This document shows positions 61,801 to 64,000 of a stretch of DNA of 64,000 nt, piece by piece (positions within the stretch are counted from its first letter, which is position 1; every line of letters starts with the position of its first letter). The notes under the pieces were generated by a model. It was not told the origin of the DNA. It saw only the letters and a program-made list of their open reading frames with translations, and made no database searches. Both the position numbers and the translations under genes were made by a program. This stretch comes from the human T2T-CHM13v2.0 reference genome, Homo sapiens: NCBI RefSeq assembly GCF_009914755.1, contig NC_060936.1. One strand, written 5' to 3'.

Positions 61801-62701
61801 AATCTTCAGAACTTAATCAAATTTACAAGAAAAAAACAACCCTATTGAAAAGTGGGCAAAGGATATGAACAGACACTTCTCGAAAGAGGACATTTATGCA
61901 GCCAACAAATATATGAAGAAAAGCTCAACATCACTGATCATTAGAGAAATGCAAATCAAAACCACAATGAGATACCATCTCATGCTAGTCAGAATGGCAA
62001 TTCTTAAAAAGTCAAGAAACAACGGAGACTGGCGAGGCTGTGAAGAATTAAGAACAATTTTACACTGTTGGTGGGAATGTAAATTAGTTCAATCATTGTG
62101 GAAGACAGTGCTGTGATTCCTCAAGGATCTAGAACCAGAAATACCATTTGACCCAGCAATCCCATTACTGGGTATATACCTAAAGGAATGTAAATCATTC
62201 TACTATAAAGACACATGCACACATATGTTTATTGCAGCACTATTTACAATAGCAAAGAGATGGAACCAACCAAAATGCCCATCAATGATAGACTGGATAA
62301 AGAAAATGTGGCACATATACACCATGGAATACTATGCAGCCATAAAAGGGAATGAGACTGTGTCCTTTTCAGGGACATGGATGAAGCTGGAAGCCATCAT
62401 CTTCAGTAAACAAACACAGGAACAGAAAACCAAACACCACATGTTTTCACTCATAAGTGGGAGTTGAACAGTGAGAACACATGGATACAGGGAGGGGAAC
62501 AATACACACCGGGGCCAGTTGGGGGGTTGTGGGGGAGGGGAGGGAGAGCATTGGGACGAATAGCTAATGCATGCAGGGCTTAAAACCTAGATGACAGGTT
62601 GATAGGTGCAGCAAAGCACCATGGCACACATATACCTATGTAACAAACCTGCACGTTCTGCACTTGTATCCCAGAACTTAAAGTAAAATAAAAAAAATAA
62701 A
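58828..62701 (+). mobile_element. 3.9-kb 5'-truncated L1PA with a disrupted ORF2 (endonuclease, RT and Cys domains) and 3' UTR
   Basis: Remnants [53 protein letters not shown]; many stops and frameshifts; TSD TAAATTGATGAG at 58813-58824 and 62702-62713. Confidence 0.96.
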
Positions 62702-63329
62702 TAAATTGATGAGCAAATGTTTGAACATGTTTCCACAAGGTGCAATATGAATCATGCCAGGAGCTCCTTGGATGTGGTGGAGCATATTCTCCTGTAGAGG
62801 ATTTTTTCGTCTTTGTAGGCAACCAAAGGAAGGAACACTTTCTGAAATCTTTGTTTGTGAATAGGGAAGATAACTCTGGAATGTAGTGCCTGGCACTTTG
62901 TGGCAGACAATTTGCTTTCAAAATCATGGCTGATTAAGTTCTCATAGGCATGTAGCCAGGTTCCATGAGGGAGATTCTATGACAGACAACCAGAGAATTT
63001 CAAGCCATCTGACCCGCTTTAGTGCACAAGGAAAGAAAGTTTGTGCACAAAACTGTTTGGGGGTGACAGAAGAGGTGGTGGTTATTAAAGAGTGGAAGTT
63101 TGGACTAAGAAACACAAAAGGAAAAACTGTTGCTTGGGTGATTCTTGGCCCATATGAATGTGAATATGGCATCAATCATCACTAATGAGAAAGCAGCCAG
63201 TTTGAAAATCGTGTTCACTTAATTATATCAACACAGCAGACACCTTCTGGGCAGTCTTCCCACGTTGAGATAATTATCTTTCTTTTTTCCCTTTCTTCCT
63301 GATAATTGCTTCCTCTCATCTCTGCTCAC

Positions 63330-63730
63330 ACATGTGAGTGGGTGGTTAGCAATCATCTTTATATCGGGTCACATTCCCTTGGTACTGATTGGACAGTTAA
63401 CCGGCTGAGCTGGACCAATCAGACTCTATGATTTGAAATAAGTTAGTGTTGGTGGCAACTGCAACAAGTCTCTATATTGTGTCTGCCATGTGCATGGAAG
63501 AGCAGAATTAATCATTCCACAGAGTGAGAAAAAGAAAGCAAAGAGAGGAGCAGAGCTGAGAGGCAGAGAGACAGGCCTGGTTACCTGTTTCCTGGTTCCA
63601 GTCATTGGTGAGGTTCTAGCACTGTCAGCATGTCAGTTGAGCAGAATTCCCTATATTAGTATGAAAAATCTCTCCTCTTAATTTTCAGTGGGCGTCTGTA
63701 CTCTGTAAGTAGAGTCATTACTAACAATTT
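63330..63730. mobile_element. Old MLT1-type LTR fragment
   Basis: gggtcacattccc...gattgg...tggaccaatcagactc motifs. Confidence 0.45.
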
Positions 63731-64000
63731 CAACATACTACTTAATTGTTATTGAGCCCTACACTTTCTTAAGTACTTTTCATGCAAGACAAGCTTATAT
63801 GTTAGGGGTTCTGATCTCCACATTACAGATATGGCAGCTGAGGCAAAGAGAATAAGGATGTTGGTTCACCATCCCCCAGGTTTTAGGTTTCAGATCCAAG
63901 CCGACTGACTGAAGAAGATGAGAGAGGAAATTATTTTGTATTGAGAAGATGAACCAAAGAAATTGGAAGAATTAGATATGGGCAGCAAAGACTGATGATG

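Noticed and set aside
58840-62467. Series of ORFs with endonuclease/RT similarity as a possible novel retro-system or gene
   Set aside because: They are fragments of one L1PA ORF2 broken by stops and frameshifts, lacking ORF1 and the promoter.

Overview
Human genomic DNA (an AluYb8 with its diagnostic 7-bp duplication sits at 18601-18916), almost entirely intronic. The only protein-coding sequence I can support is a single 144-nt, phase-0/phase-0 exon on the + strand (41936-42079, [48 protein letters not shown]). I recognise it from memory as an ectodomain exon of the TMEM132 family, most likely TMEM132B. The rest is flanking intron dense in transposon relics: Alus, L1PA/L1M, L2/MIR/CR1, MaLR/ERV solo LTRs, and Tigger/MER/MADE1 DNA transposons, many nested and with visible target-site duplications (TSDs). 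The other ORFs in the track are repeat-derived or chance. I found no new multi-gene biological system. The most interesting details are: (1) a tailless half-tRNA-Ile retrocopy downstream of the exon, which contributes to a cluster of poly(A) signals behind an in-frame intron read-through (a possible truncated isoform); (2) a hairpin-rich zone at 46.4-48.3 kb (116-bp palindrome, head-to-head MST LTRs, inverted Alus); (3) a templated-insertion scar inside an Alu; (4) a local duplication of an L2/MIR-like composite; and (5) a 5'-inverted L1. Repeat subfamily names come from recalled consensus sequences, not from a RepeatMasker run, and boundaries without a stated TSD are approximate.
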